Positions 9,672 through 21,981 of a stretch of DNA of 64,000 bases are shown here, piece after piece (within the stretch, counting starts at the first letter, position 1; every line of letters begins with the position of its first letter). A program made the position numbers and the translations under genes. The notes beneath the pieces are model-generated. The model saw only the letters and a program-made list of their open reading frames with translations, was not told where the DNA came from and searched no databases. Source of the DNA: Armatimonadota bacterium (lineage in GTDB: Bacteria > Armatimonadota > Fimbriimonadia > Fimbriimonadales > GBS-DC); the NCBI GenBank assembly GCA_037444405.1, contig JBBIML010000007.1:32001-96000 (forward strand), in the 5' to 3' direction.

Positions 9672-11420
9672 ATGGCGGCGAACTATCTCAGGGGCGAGCC
9701 GATCCAGCTGCGCTGGCGCAGCGCATGGTGCGAGCATGAGGCACGAACCGTCCCCGCCCTGTTTGTGAGTCAGGCGGACACGCTGGGCGATTACCCGCTC
9801 TACTGGGTCAAACGCGAGGGCGCCTATCGCCCCATCCGCTGGCGCGAGGTGCGCGAGCAGGTGGAGGCGTTAGCCGCGGGGCTGATCGCGCGCGGCGTCC
9901 AGCCGGGCGACCGCGTGGCGATTCTGTCCGAGAACCGCTACGAATGGGTGCTTTCAGATCTGGCGATCCTGGCATGCGGCGCCATCTCCGTCACGCTGCA
10001 TGCGCCGCTGACGCCCGCGCAGGTGCTGGAGCAGTTGCGCGATTCGGAAGCCTGTGCGCTGTTTGTCAGCACGCCCGAGCAGGCGCAGAAGGTGAACCCG
10101 CACCGCGCCCAGCTGCCCCACCTGAAACGGTTCATTGCCTATACGCCCATCAGCGGCTGGACGCACCTGAACGCGCTGATGGACGAAGGGCGCGCTCTGC
10201 TTCGGGATAAGCCCCGCGTGGTGGACGACTATCGCGACACGCTGAACTGGGACAGCCTCGCCACCCTCATCTACACCTCGGGCACCACCGGCGAAAGCAA
10301 GGGCGTGATGCTCTCGCACGGCAATCTGCTTTCGAATATGTATGCCGCGATGCAGGTGTTCACGCCGCCCGAGCGCGACTACCTGATGCTGAACTTCCTG
10401 CCGTTGAGCCACATCTACGCGCGTCTGAGCGATTACCTGACCACGCTGGGGCTGGGCACAATGCTGGCGTTCGCCGAAAGCTATGACACCATCCGCCAGA
10501 ACCTGAGCGAGGTGCGCCCGCACGCGATTAACGGCGTACCGCGCTTCTACGAGAAAGTGCGCGAGCGACTGCTGGAGGTGTTCGAGAGCAAGCCGCTGCT
10601 GCGCATGCTGGGCAAGTGGGGGCGACGCAAGGCGCTGCAGAAGGTGTTCGGCGGGCGAATCGTCTGGATGACCAGCGGCGGCGCCGCGCTCGACCCGCAG
10701 GTCGCCGAGTTCTACTGGGAACACGGCTTCCAGCTCTATCAGGGCTATGGACTGACCGAAGCCTCGCCCGTCATCGCCTGTAATCGCCCGAACAATAACC
10801 GAATCGGCACCGTCGGCGTGCCTTTTCCGGGTGTGGAGGTGCGAATCGCAGACGACGGCGAGCTGCTGGCACGCGGTCCGAATATTATGAAAGGCTACTG
10901 GCGCCAGCCCGACGCGACCGCCGAAGCCATCGACGCCGACGGCTGGCTGCACACGGGCGACTGCGCCGAAATCGTGGAAGACCGATACATCCGGATCACC
11001 GACCGCAAAAAGGACATCTTTGTGCTGGCGGGCGGCAAGAACATCGCGCCCGTCGCGCTGGAGACCGCCCTCGTGCGCAACCCCTACATTGAGCAGGCGA
11101 TGGTGTACGGCGATAAGAAGAAGTTCGTCTCCGCGCTGATTGTGCCCGACTTCCCGCGTCTGGAGCAGTGGGCGCGCGAGCAGCGGCTCCCGTTCCAGAG
11201 CCGTGAGGACCTGGTCAGCCGTCGCGAGGTGTATCGGTGGATGGAGCTGCAGGTGGCAGACGCCCTGCGCGACTTCGCGCCCTACGAGCAGGTGAAGCGG
11301 TTCGTGCTGCTCACGGAGCCGTTCACCTTTGAGGCGGGCGATTTGACCATCACGCTCAAGATGCGTCGGGCGCGGATTATTGAGCGCTACCGCGAACAGC
11401 TGGACGCGCTGTATGAGTGA
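9672..11420 (+). CDS. Long-chain fatty acid-CoA ligase (AMP-binding)
   Basis: YTSGTTGESKG, QGYGLTE, GWLHTGD, DRKKD. Confidence 0.92.
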   Translation: MAANYLRGEPIQLRWRSAWCEHEARTVPALFVSQADTLGDYPLYWVKREGAYRPIRWREVREQVEALAAGLIARGVQPGDRVAILSENRYEWVLSDLAILACGAISVTLHAPLTPAQVLEQLRDSEACALFVSTPEQAQKVNPHRAQLPHLKRFIAYTPISGWTHLNALMDEGRALLRDKPRVVDDYRDTLNWDSLATLIYTSGTTGESKGVMLSHGNLLSNMYAAMQVFTPPERDYLMLNFLPLSHIYARLSDYLTTLGLGTMLAFAESYDTIRQNLSEVRPHAINGVPRFYEKVRERLLEVFESKPLLRMLGKWGRRKALQKVFGGRIVWMTSGGAALDPQVAEFYWEHGFQLYQGYGLTEASPVIACNRPNNNRIGTVGVPFPGVEVRIADDGELLARGPNIMKGYWRQPDATAEAIDADGWLHTGDCAEIVEDRYIRITDRKKDIFVLAGGKNIAPVALETALVRNPYIEQAMVYGDKKKFVSALIVPDFPRLEQWAREQRLPFQSREDLVSRREVYRWMELQVADALRDFAPYEQVKRFVLLTEPFTFEAGDLTITLKMRRARIIERYREQLDALYE

Positions 11421-11443
11421 CTCCTGCAGCGACGCATTTAGAA

Positions 11444-11484
11444 ACCCCTCACCCCCACCCTCTCCCCAGAGGGGTGAGGGGGCT
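11444..11484. repeat. REP-like palindrome between convergent genes
   Basis: acccctcacccccaccctctccccagaggggtgagggggct. Confidence 0.7.
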
Positions 11485-11504
11485 TGTTCCCTTCCGCTCA
11501 ACGC

Positions 11505-13441
<1,937 letters not shown>

Positions 13442-13445
<4 letters not shown>

Positions 13446-14583
13446 TTCTCCAGCCACAGGGTAATGGTCATCGTCTGGTTGTGCAGCTCGCAGCGGGCGG
13501 TGGGGTTGAAGGGGCTGATTTCGCCGTTGGAGTAGAAGCCCATCAGTTGAGTTGAATCGTCCAGTTGACGGCGCACGGCTTCGACCTCCTCGGCGATGAA
13601 GTCGCCCATCAGGAAGTAGCGCCCGATACAGCTGATGAGCAGGGCAACGGGTGGCTGCTGTTCGTGGAGCCTCTGAAGGGCGTACTGTGCCGATTGCTCT
13701 GCGCCGTCCACCAGCTCATCGAATCGGGCGTGCATCAGGCGCACCCAACCGCCTTCCGGCACATCGCCCGCGAAGATGAGCGCGCCCCGCTCCCTGTCGA
13801 TACCCAGCAGGGTGCGGATCAGACCCACAGACTGCTGTTGATGGTCATAGAGCGCTATCGGGAACAGCAGTCCAGTGGCGGGCAGCCCCTCCGCGTCCTT
13901 GCCCAGATACCGCTCATAGAGCGCCAGCGCGGGCTGACCGTCGAACTCATACACGATATTGCTTTTCGTGCGCGTGGCGCACATGAGGGGTCCAAATGGT
14001 TTCCAGCCGCCGATGGCGGCGTGCCCCACACGGAACCGCCTGCCGTAGAAGCCGACCGCAACAGCCGCCTTCGGCAGAACCTGCTCGCCCGCTACAATCA
14101 GCGTCTGCTGGAAGCGATTGCCGTCGTTTGCCAGCCCGCCCGTGATGGGCACATGGGCGCCAACCGCTTCCTGCACACCGCGTGCGAGCGCGGAGCCATT
14201 CACCCCGATGCCGTCCGCAAGCAGCAGCACATAAGCCAGCTCCGAATCCGCCAGCGCGCGTCCCAGCTGCTGACCGACGGCATATGAATCGGTGGTTTCT
14301 GGCACAGGCGCCGAAGCAAGCCGCAGGCGCGTCTGCTCGAACCGCAGGAGCGTGAACACGGGATAGGTATCGATGCCCTGATTCGTGATAGTCACATCGC
14401 TGCTGGCGCCCGTCACGATTGTGCCACCTGCGACCATGCCTTCAACGCCTGCTGAACGGCAGGCTCGCTCATTTGCTGCGCGCTGCCAAACATTAGCAGC
14501 AGGAGACCCGCACATTCGTCTCCTGCGCTGCCGTCCACAGGGGGCAGTGATTCTATGCCACGAAACTGCCGAACCGTTATCAT
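13442..14583 (-). pseudogene. FIST N/C domain protein, frameshifted
   Basis: ITGGLANDG, GGWKPFG, SCIGR, GFYSNGEISP, LHNQTMTIT. N-terminus (ATG 14583 with GGAGGG RBS) is in a different frame and stops at 14413; shift ~14415-14440. Confidence 0.8.
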
Positions 14584-14714
14584 CTGTGTATTCCCTCCAG
14601 ATGGGTTTTTTTCCACAGGGGTGCGCCTTTTTTACAATCCTCTGGGATCCCACAGTACCCCTGCAGGACACCCATTTCGCGCCTGCGACGGGTATACTTC
14701 GGCAGGAGAGCGTG

Positions 14715-15857
14715 ATGGCGCCCTTTTTCTACGCCAGCCAGCTGGAGCAGTATCAGTTTTCGGAGTCGCACCCGTTGAAGCCGATGCGCCTGCGCCTGAT
14801 GATGGAGCTGATGACGGCGTACGGCATGTTCGAGCAGCTGCGCCTGCTGGAGCCGCCCCTTTCCGACGACGATGCGACGGCGGAGATATTGCGCGTGCAT
14901 ACCGAGCCGTATGTGCAGGTGGTGCAGGCGATCAGCGCGGGCGAGCCAGTGATGGCGATGCACACCTGGGGCTTCTCGCCGTTTGGGGATAACCCGCCCT
15001 TTATGGGCATGTGGGAGGCGTCGCTGGCGTATGTGAAGACAACGATTGCCGCCGCGCGTGCCGTGCGCGACGGCGAGCCGCTGGCGTTCAGCATGGGCGG
15101 GGGACTGCACCACGCGCTGCCTGACCGCGCCAGCGGATTCTGCGTCTTCAACGACCCCGCCATCGCCATCGCCATCCTGCGCGAGCGATTCCAGCGGGTC
15201 GCCTATCTCGATATCGATCTCCATCATGGCGACGGCGTGCAGTGGATTTTCTATCGCGACCCGACGGTGCTGACCGTCTCGATTCACGAAAGCGGGCAGT
15301 GGCTCTTTCCAGGCACGGGCTTCGCGAACGAGCTGGGCGAGGGCGAGGCGTGGGGCACTTCGATCAACATCCCGCTGGCACCCGAAACGGATGACGACCT
15401 CTGGTGGTGGGCGTTCGAGCAGGTTGTGCCGCCCGTTTTTGAGCGGTTCCGACCCAACGCGCTGGTGCTGCAGATGGGCGCCGACCCGCACTATTTAGAC
15501 CCGCTGGGTCATCTGAACCTCACGGCGCAGGGCTGGCTGCGTGCAGTTCAGTGGGCGCGCACGCTGGGGCTGCCGACCGTCGCACTGGGTGGCGGCGGCT
15601 ACAATCTCACCACCGTGCCCCGCATGTGGACGCTGGCGGTCGCCACCTTAGCCGATATCGAACTGCCCGACGAAACGCCCGCTCATTTCAGCTGGCACGA
15701 CCGCATCCCCACCCTCACCGACCACGAGAAGCCGTCCATCGCGCCCGGCGACCGCGACTACGCCCGCCGCTACACCGAACAGCAGGTCGCTTTCCTGCAA
15801 AAAGCCCTCAACAGCGAGCCAATTGGCAGGAATCGGCATGCGGAGCCGCGAACTTAA
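14715..15857 (+). CDS. acuC: AcuC-like histone deacetylase family protein
   Basis: HPLKPMR, GGGLHHA, SGFCVFND, DIDLHHGDG, GGGGY. Confidence 0.85.
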   Translation: MAPFFYASQLEQYQFSESHPLKPMRLRLMMELMTAYGMFEQLRLLEPPLSDDDATAEILRVHTEPYVQVVQAISAGEPVMAMHTWGFSPFGDNPPFMGMWEASLAYVKTTIAAARAVRDGEPLAFSMGGGLHHALPDRASGFCVFNDPAIAIAILRERFQRVAYLDIDLHHGDGVQWIFYRDPTVLTVSIHESGQWLFPGTGFANELGEGEAWGTSINIPLAPETDDDLWWWAFEQVVPPVFERFRPNALVLQMGADPHYLDPLGHLNLTAQGWLRAVQWARTLGLPTVALGGGGYNLTTVPRMWTLAVATLADIELPDETPAHFSWHDRIPTLTDHEKPSIAPGDRDYARRYTEQQVAFLQKALNSEPIGRNRHAEPRT

Positions 15858-15876
15858 ACCGAACGGAGGGATAGAA

Positions 15877-16116
15877 ATGGCACGCGTAACTTTGCTGATT
15901 GGGCTATCGAACGGGCTGGAAGTGGACTGCCCGATTAATTCGCGCGAGGAAGCCGAGCAGGTGCTGAACCAGCTGCGCAACTCCAATGAGCTGGTTCGGC
16001 TGCCCGGTGTGTGCTATGTGCGCCACTCAGGCTCCACCGAGCTGGGCGCACGCGGAATCGTCGATGTGCATCCAGAGCATGTAACCTACACCCAAATACT
16101 GGGGGTGGAAGATTAG
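15877..16116 (+). CDS. Small hypothetical protein
   Basis: GGAGGG RBS; fills the gap between acuC and acyl-CoA dehydrogenase. Confidence 0.6.
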   Translation: MARVTLLIGLSNGLEVDCPINSREEAEQVLNQLRNSNELVRLPGVCYVRHSGSTELGARGIVDVHPEHVTYTQILGVED

Positions 16117-16120
16117 AACG

Positions 16121-17329
16121 ATGGACTTCACACTGAGCGAAGAGCATCTGATGGTGCGCGACACCGTGCGCCGCTTCGTGGAAAACGAGGTCAAGCCCTT
16201 CATTCGCGAGTGGGATCGGCACGGTGCCGACCCCAAAGTGTATGCGCGAATGGCGGAGCTGGGGCTGCTGGGAATCTGCATCCCGCGTCGATGGGGCGGC
16301 GCCGGGCTGGACTATATCAGTCTCGGCATCGCCTGCGAGGAGCTGGAGTATGGCGATACCTTCCTGCGCGTGATTATGTCGGTGCATGTGGGGCTGACCG
16401 CGCTCACGATCCTCTCGTGGGGCACCGAGGAGCAGAAGGAGCGGTTCCTGCGCCCGCAGGCGACGGGGCAGCGGCTGGGCGCCTTCTGCCTCACCGAGCC
16501 GAACGCGGGCAGCGATGTCGCCGGCATGCAATCCATCGCCCGACGCGAGGGCGATCACTACATTCTCAACGGCGAGAAAATCTGGATTTCGCTGGCGGAG
16601 GTCGCCGACCAGTACCTGGTGGTCGCCTGGACCGATCTGGAGAAGAAGGCGCGGCGGGATCATTCGGGCATGAGCGCGTTCATCGTAGAGCGCGAGCGCG
16701 ATGGCGTGAAGCCCTACACCCTGCACGGCAAGCTGGGCGTGCGCGCGGGCAACACGGGCGGCGTCGTGTTCGAAAATGTCGCCGTGCCCGTCGAGAACCG
16801 CCTCGGCGAGGAGGGCGAGGGCTTCAAAATCGCCATGTTCGCGCTCGATCAGGGGCGCTACACCGTCGCGGCAGGCTCCGCCGGGCTGATCCGCGCCTGC
16901 CTCGACGAATCGGTGCGCTACGCCCGCGAGCGCAAAACCTTCGGCAAGCCCCTCGCCGAGCATCAGCTCATCAAACAGAAAATCGCGCAGATGGCTGCCG
17001 ACTACGAGATCAGCGTGCTGCTGTATCAGAAGGTCGGCTGGATGAAAAATCGGGGTCTGCGCAACACGCGGGAGACCTCGCTGGCGAAATGGTACGCGAC
17101 GGAGGCGGCGCAGCGGGCGGCGAACGCCGCCGTGCAGATTTTCGGTTCCTACGGCTTCTCCGACGAGTACCCGGTGGAGCGCTTCTACCGCAACAGCAAG
17201 GGTGCCACCATCTACGAGGGCACCTCCGAGATTCATACCCTGCTCCAGGCAGACTACGCGCTGGGCTACCGCGTCGATAAGCCGTTGCGGGTCAATCTCC
17301 CGCCCTATCCGTTTGCTGAGGATCAGTGA
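16121..17329 (+). CDS. Acyl-CoA dehydrogenase
   Basis: [33 protein letters not shown]. Confidence 0.95.
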   Translation: MDFTLSEEHLMVRDTVRRFVENEVKPFIREWDRHGADPKVYARMAELGLLGICIPRRWGGAGLDYISLGIACEELEYGDTFLRVIMSVHVGLTALTILSWGTEEQKERFLRPQATGQRLGAFCLTEPNAGSDVAGMQSIARREGDHYILNGEKIWISLAEVADQYLVVAWTDLEKKARRDHSGMSAFIVERERDGVKPYTLHGKLGVRAGNTGGVVFENVAVPVENRLGEEGEGFKIAMFALDQGRYTVAAGSAGLIRACLDESVRYARERKTFGKPLAEHQLIKQKIAQMAADYEISVLLYQKVGWMKNRGLRNTRETSLAKWYATEAAQRAANAAVQIFGSYGFSDEYPVERFYRNSKGATIYEGTSEIHTLLQADYALGYRVDKPLRVNLPPYPFAEDQ

Positions 17330-17342
17330 AAGCGTGCACGCG

Positions 17343-17423
17343 CCGAAAAATAAGAAACCGCCCTGAAGGGTGAGCCTTCAGGGCGGTTGGGTTATCATTC
17401 GGGCACCGACCTATCTTCCCGCT
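17343..17423. repeat. 81-bp direct repeat copy (5S rRNA 3' fragment plus terminator), att-like
   Basis: Identical to 25084-25164. Confidence 0.95.
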
Positions 17424-17671
17424 TTATGGGAGTGTCGAGGCGTCGTGGGAGGCAGTGATTACAGGTTCGAAGCAGCTGGGAGGCAAGGAGTTGAAAATCT
17501 AATGCAAAGACACTTAGCGCGACGAACCAGTTTGCGGAAATTGGGGCGCCTTTGTGGAGACTCCGATTCTGGAAAGGCGGCTATGCTGGAAAGCTGAGTT
17601 AAGTGCCTCTATGACCGAGCAAGTCGAGGTATAATTGTGTCAACAAGCCCAATTCTGGTGGGGATGCACCA

Positions 17672-18712
17672 ATGATTTGTAAGTGGTGTGGACTGGAGAC
17701 AACAAACTCGCAGGTCTGCGATTGGTGTAAGCGGCATCCGCTGGGTGAGAACCCTGCACTTACTCTGCAGCGTGAAGCCGCTCTCGCACGCAGGCAGCGC
17801 GAAGCACTTGTCCAAGAATTGCTCCCCAGAATTGAGCAACTGCTCGACGCTTATGCTTCCGATGGCTTGCTTACTTTTGAGGAGGAAGATCAGATTATAG
17901 CGATTGTTCAACAGTACAACCTGACTGCCCAAGAGCTTAGCCCGATTCTCCCTAAATGGAACAAACTGCGGTTGCTTCGAAGCATCTTCTTTGGCAACTT
18001 GCCGCAGCAAACCGAAAATGTACCTGTTTTCCTCAAAACTGGAGAGATATGCCACTGGATTACCCCCACGACGCTCTATGAAGAGCGTACACGGCGTGCC
18101 TACTATGGCGGTGGACCCGGCATAAGTATCCGGTTGGGTAAGGGGGTAAGGTTATGCCTTAGCGGGGGCTACCGCACTTCCATCCCGATCTATGAGGTGG
18201 CTGAGCTTGATAGCGGAACATTGGTAATCACCTCTGAGCGACTGGCTTTTCTGGGTTCGCGGCGTACTTTGGAGAAGCCGTTGAAAAAGATTGTTTCTGT
18301 ACTGCCCTACTCGGACGGGGTTCAGGTTCATTTCTCGAACCGCCAGAAGGCAGCATGTTTCAAGGTGGACGATGCTGACTTAGTGGCAGCAATCCTCTAT
18401 CAAGCCTGCCAGTTCCTTGATATGCCGCGCGCGTTCAGGCTCACTGTGCTCTTTACAGGCGGCATGTCTCAGGATGTTGTCGTGCCCAGCCAAGGACTCA
18501 CTATTGGGAGAGAGCGTGAAAATGACCTTGTGATTAACGAACCCGCTGTCAGTAGACACCATGCTCGGATTGCAATAGAGAAAAATCAACTGGTGTTATA
18601 CGACCTCAACAGCACTAACGGCTCGTTTGTAAACGGCAAGCGTATAACGAAAGCGGTGTTGCAACCTGGTGATGTGGTGCAGATAGGGAGCGCGCTCATC
18701 AAAGTGAAGTAG
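17672..18712 (+). CDS. Zinc-ribbon / PH-like / FHA domain protein
   Basis: CKWC..CDWC; GTLVITSERLAF; C-terminal FHA motifs IGR, VSRHHA, DLNSTNGSFVNG. Confidence 0.8.
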   Translation: MICKWCGLETTNSQVCDWCKRHPLGENPALTLQREAALARRQREALVQELLPRIEQLLDAYASDGLLTFEEEDQIIAIVQQYNLTAQELSPILPKWNKLRLLRSIFFGNLPQQTENVPVFLKTGEICHWITPTTLYEERTRRAYYGGGPGISIRLGKGVRLCLSGGYRTSIPIYEVAELDSGTLVITSERLAFLGSRRTLEKPLKKIVSVLPYSDGVQVHFSNRQKAACFKVDDADLVAAILYQACQFLDMPRAFRLTVLFTGGMSQDVVVPSQGLTIGRERENDLVINEPAVSRHHARIAIEKNQLVLYDLNSTNGSFVNGKRITKAVLQPGDVVQIGSALIKVK

Positions 18713-18759
18713 CCTCTGATGCCATAGCGGTTGAGTGCAACCAGCGCCCACCAGATTTA

Positions 18760-21700
18760 CTATTTTATCGCACTTAGCTTATCCAGCAACTTCTGGATGT
18801 AGTCCGCTTTCTCCATGAAGAGGATATGGTGTGCTTCAAACTCCTCTTTGGAATGCTTCCCTGTGCCAAAAGTGCGCTGAATCTCCTTGAAGGGGCTGGT
18901 GGAGAGGATGAACGAGGTCAGGAATACACGCTTGCCATCCGTTGGGGGCAGATTCGTGCCCATCCCCTCCAGCTCCTGATGGAGGCGAATCTTGGGGTCG
19001 TTGAAGCCGCCCCGCGCCATGCGCAACCCATGGGGGTCGATGAAGGCAATCCGTTGAGAGCGGTCGTCAACAACCCACAGGATGAAGTCGGGATAGAACG
19101 CTTCGCCGTGTCGCGAGTCGAAAAAGCCGATGCCCTTGCCTCGCGTCAGATTCCGCAACAGAAAAATTTGTTTTCCGTTGAAGCAGCGCGCGTTTTTCTG
19201 CAGATAGTCGCGCAGGTCGCGCACAAACTGCGCCTCGTTTGCGTCCAGTCCTGGGGGCGTCATGGAGTCGATTCGCTCGTCTGCCAGCAAGAGTGGGAGA
19301 TAGAGATGCCTGTCAAAGTGGATATGCGGAAAGTCCTGCGCCTCTTGCTGGTAGAGCCGATCCGCCTGATTCAGAAGCTCCTGAATGCGCTCCAGAAACT
19401 CCTGACGGGTTTTCGCAATCCTGAGCGTATATTGCGGTGGGGCGCTCCAGCAAAGGTTGGGGTCGTCATCAGTAAGCGGGGCGAGCTCCAGGTTCTGGCG
19501 CTCCCACTCGCGGCGTTTGCGGTCGTAAAAAGCGGCGAGATACTTTTTCAGCACGCTGAGAGCGATTTCCTCCACACGGCGCAGGTCGGCGAACTGTTTC
19601 GGATTCAGCATCCCCCCAGGGCAGAGAAGCGTATAGTTGCCCGTTTCCAGAATCTCACACAGGGTCGCCTGAGTGAAACTGAGATTGGGCATGCCTTTCA
19701 GCCGACGGAATTCTAACATTTCCAGATAGATGCGCTCCCAATTGAGCAGGGGCGCCAGTTTTTTGAGCGTGTCCGCCTGATTCGCGCCGCCCGCGCGTTC
19801 TATGCGCTCGCTCTCCTGCCCCGACTGCAGGCTCTCGATGCGCGGGCGCAGGTCAAGGCTCACCGTGAGGGATTCGTCGCACGCCAGCACCACGATGCAA
19901 TCGTCCTCGAAGCGTTTTCCCCTGGGCAGGCGCGGCGCATGGAGATTGTGTTTGAGAAAGTCGGTCTGTACCTGAACGGGAATGCGAACCTCCTCAAAAT
20001 CGGTTTCAATCCCCTCCTGTTTGAGGTATTCACGGAACTGCGCCATATAGTTGGCGCGGACGCCGAACACATTCAGCGTCTCCAGCAGGTGAATGTTGCG
20101 CGGGGCGTCGGCGGCGTTCAGCGCCTGACTGCGTTTGAGCGAGCGGTCTTTGCCCCACAGGCGAACCCCGCGCCCAAAGAGCTGGATAATCTGCGAACCC
20201 TCGCCCTTGCCGATGTTCATCAGCCCCATGCTGGACACACGAAAGCTATCCCATCCCTCCATGAACTTGCGCGAGCCAATCAGAATGTTCACAGGCGAAT
20301 CGGGGTCGTTGATGCGTTCGAACAACGAGCGAGCGATGTTCTCTTCTGTGCAGGCAATCCCCTGAGCAGCGATTCGCTTCTTTAGCCCCGCCACATCGCC
20401 GATGTTAATCACGCCGAAGTAGATCTCTCCTGCCCGCAAGCCAATCTCGCCGGGGGCGTTTTTCAGCTCCACCGCTTGCAGGGCGTTGCCCGCCTGGGCA
20501 TGGAACACGCTCTGCAGGATGGCGTCGTAAATCGCATGTCCGTCGGCGCGATACTTCCTGCGCAGGGCGGGAAACCGATTTTGGAACAGGTCGTTGCCGC
20601 TGTTGTCTTTGAGTCCCGACTGCCCGCTGAGGAGATGCACGATTTTCTGGCTCCACTTCTCCCTGTCGCTCAAGAAACGGTGCAAGAATCCCACTATCTC
20701 CTGCACATCGGTCAGGCTCTGTTTATCGTCGCCTGTGTTGCCCCCGTAACGCTGTGCCCGACAAACACCCACAGGGGCTTCTCCACATTAGACGGTCGCA
20801 ACGCCTCGTGGTTCTCGCTGTAGACCATCAACTGCTCGTAAAACGAAAGTAGGTTGCCCAACAGCATCCAATCGTTGAAGGCGTTGTCGGTCGTGCTGGA
20901 CAGGTTGAGAATATAGTAATCTTTGCCATAGCCGTCGTGGTAGAAGTGGGGGTACGAGTAGTCGAACAGGACGGCTTTCGCGTATTCGTTGAGCAGGTCG
21001 CGGCGTTTATTCGGAGCGGCGCCGTTGACAATCTGTCCGAAGGTGGCGCTGTATTCGAAGGTGAAGCCGTTTCGGGCGAGCTTCTCGCGCAGGGAGCGCC
21101 ACACCTCGCCGCTGGCGCCCCGATGCCCCTCGTCCACCAGCAGGAGGTTGTTCGAGCCGAACGATTCCACTGCCACGCTCAGCCCGCCGCCGCGCTTGCT
21201 CTCGGTTAGCTTGGTAATCTCTATCACCCGCACGATGGGCGCGTCGTTTGAGACTCCGAAAAGCCCGCCCTCGGACTCGCTATGATGGCGCGCCGCAATC
21301 CCGCTCTTGCGAAACTCCTCCAGATGCTGGCGCGAAAGCCCCTCGTTCGGCGTAATCAACAGGATGTTATCGTGCGCGACTCTGCCCGCGCTGTAGTGCA
21401 GGTACTGCCACAGGTTGAGATGCATCACCAGCGTCTTACCGCTGCCCGTCGCCATCCAGAAGGCGAGCTTGGTGAGGTCGTTTTCGATGAAGGGGTCTAT
21501 CTCGCGCCAGCCGTTTTCATCCAGAAACCTGTTCAGTGCGTCGAGCAGGGCGTCCCGCTCGTTGAAAAACCTGTCCAGATAGATTTCGGTGAACAGCGCG
21601 GCGAGGTACTGGAAATATTTGAGTTGCACAGGGGGCGTGCGCGTGCGGTTCATTCGCTCCAGGTGCGCTTTGATGTTCAGGTCGTACTGCGCCAGTTTGT

Positions 21701-21929
21701 CTTCGGGGATTGGGGCGTCCTGAATGCCGCGCAGGGCGTAAAAGAAGTGGCTGTGCCCCTCTTCGGTCCAGCCTTCCTGCAGGTCGTGCAATTTCTCGCG
21801 CAGGGTTTTGAAGTCGTCAGCCCCCAGCAGGCGACACAGATAGCGGTTCAGAGCCAGCCTGTGCTGGAGCAGAGGCGTGGAACCTGACTGCCCCACTTTG
21901 CGAGATACCTGCGTCGTCCGCCCAGCCAT
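18760..21929 (-). pseudogene. res: Type III restriction enzyme Res subunit, split by a frameshift
   Basis: MATGSGKT, VDEGH, YSATF in 21929-20712; EGWD, QLFGRGVRL and PDF..IDPHG nuclease in 20772-18760; one extra G in the G5 run (20741-20745) rejoins the frames. Confidence 0.88.
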
Positions 21930-21981
21930 CGCGCTCGTGGTCTGATTATACCTGTCGGGGCGCGGAAAAACGCTCCCGCGC

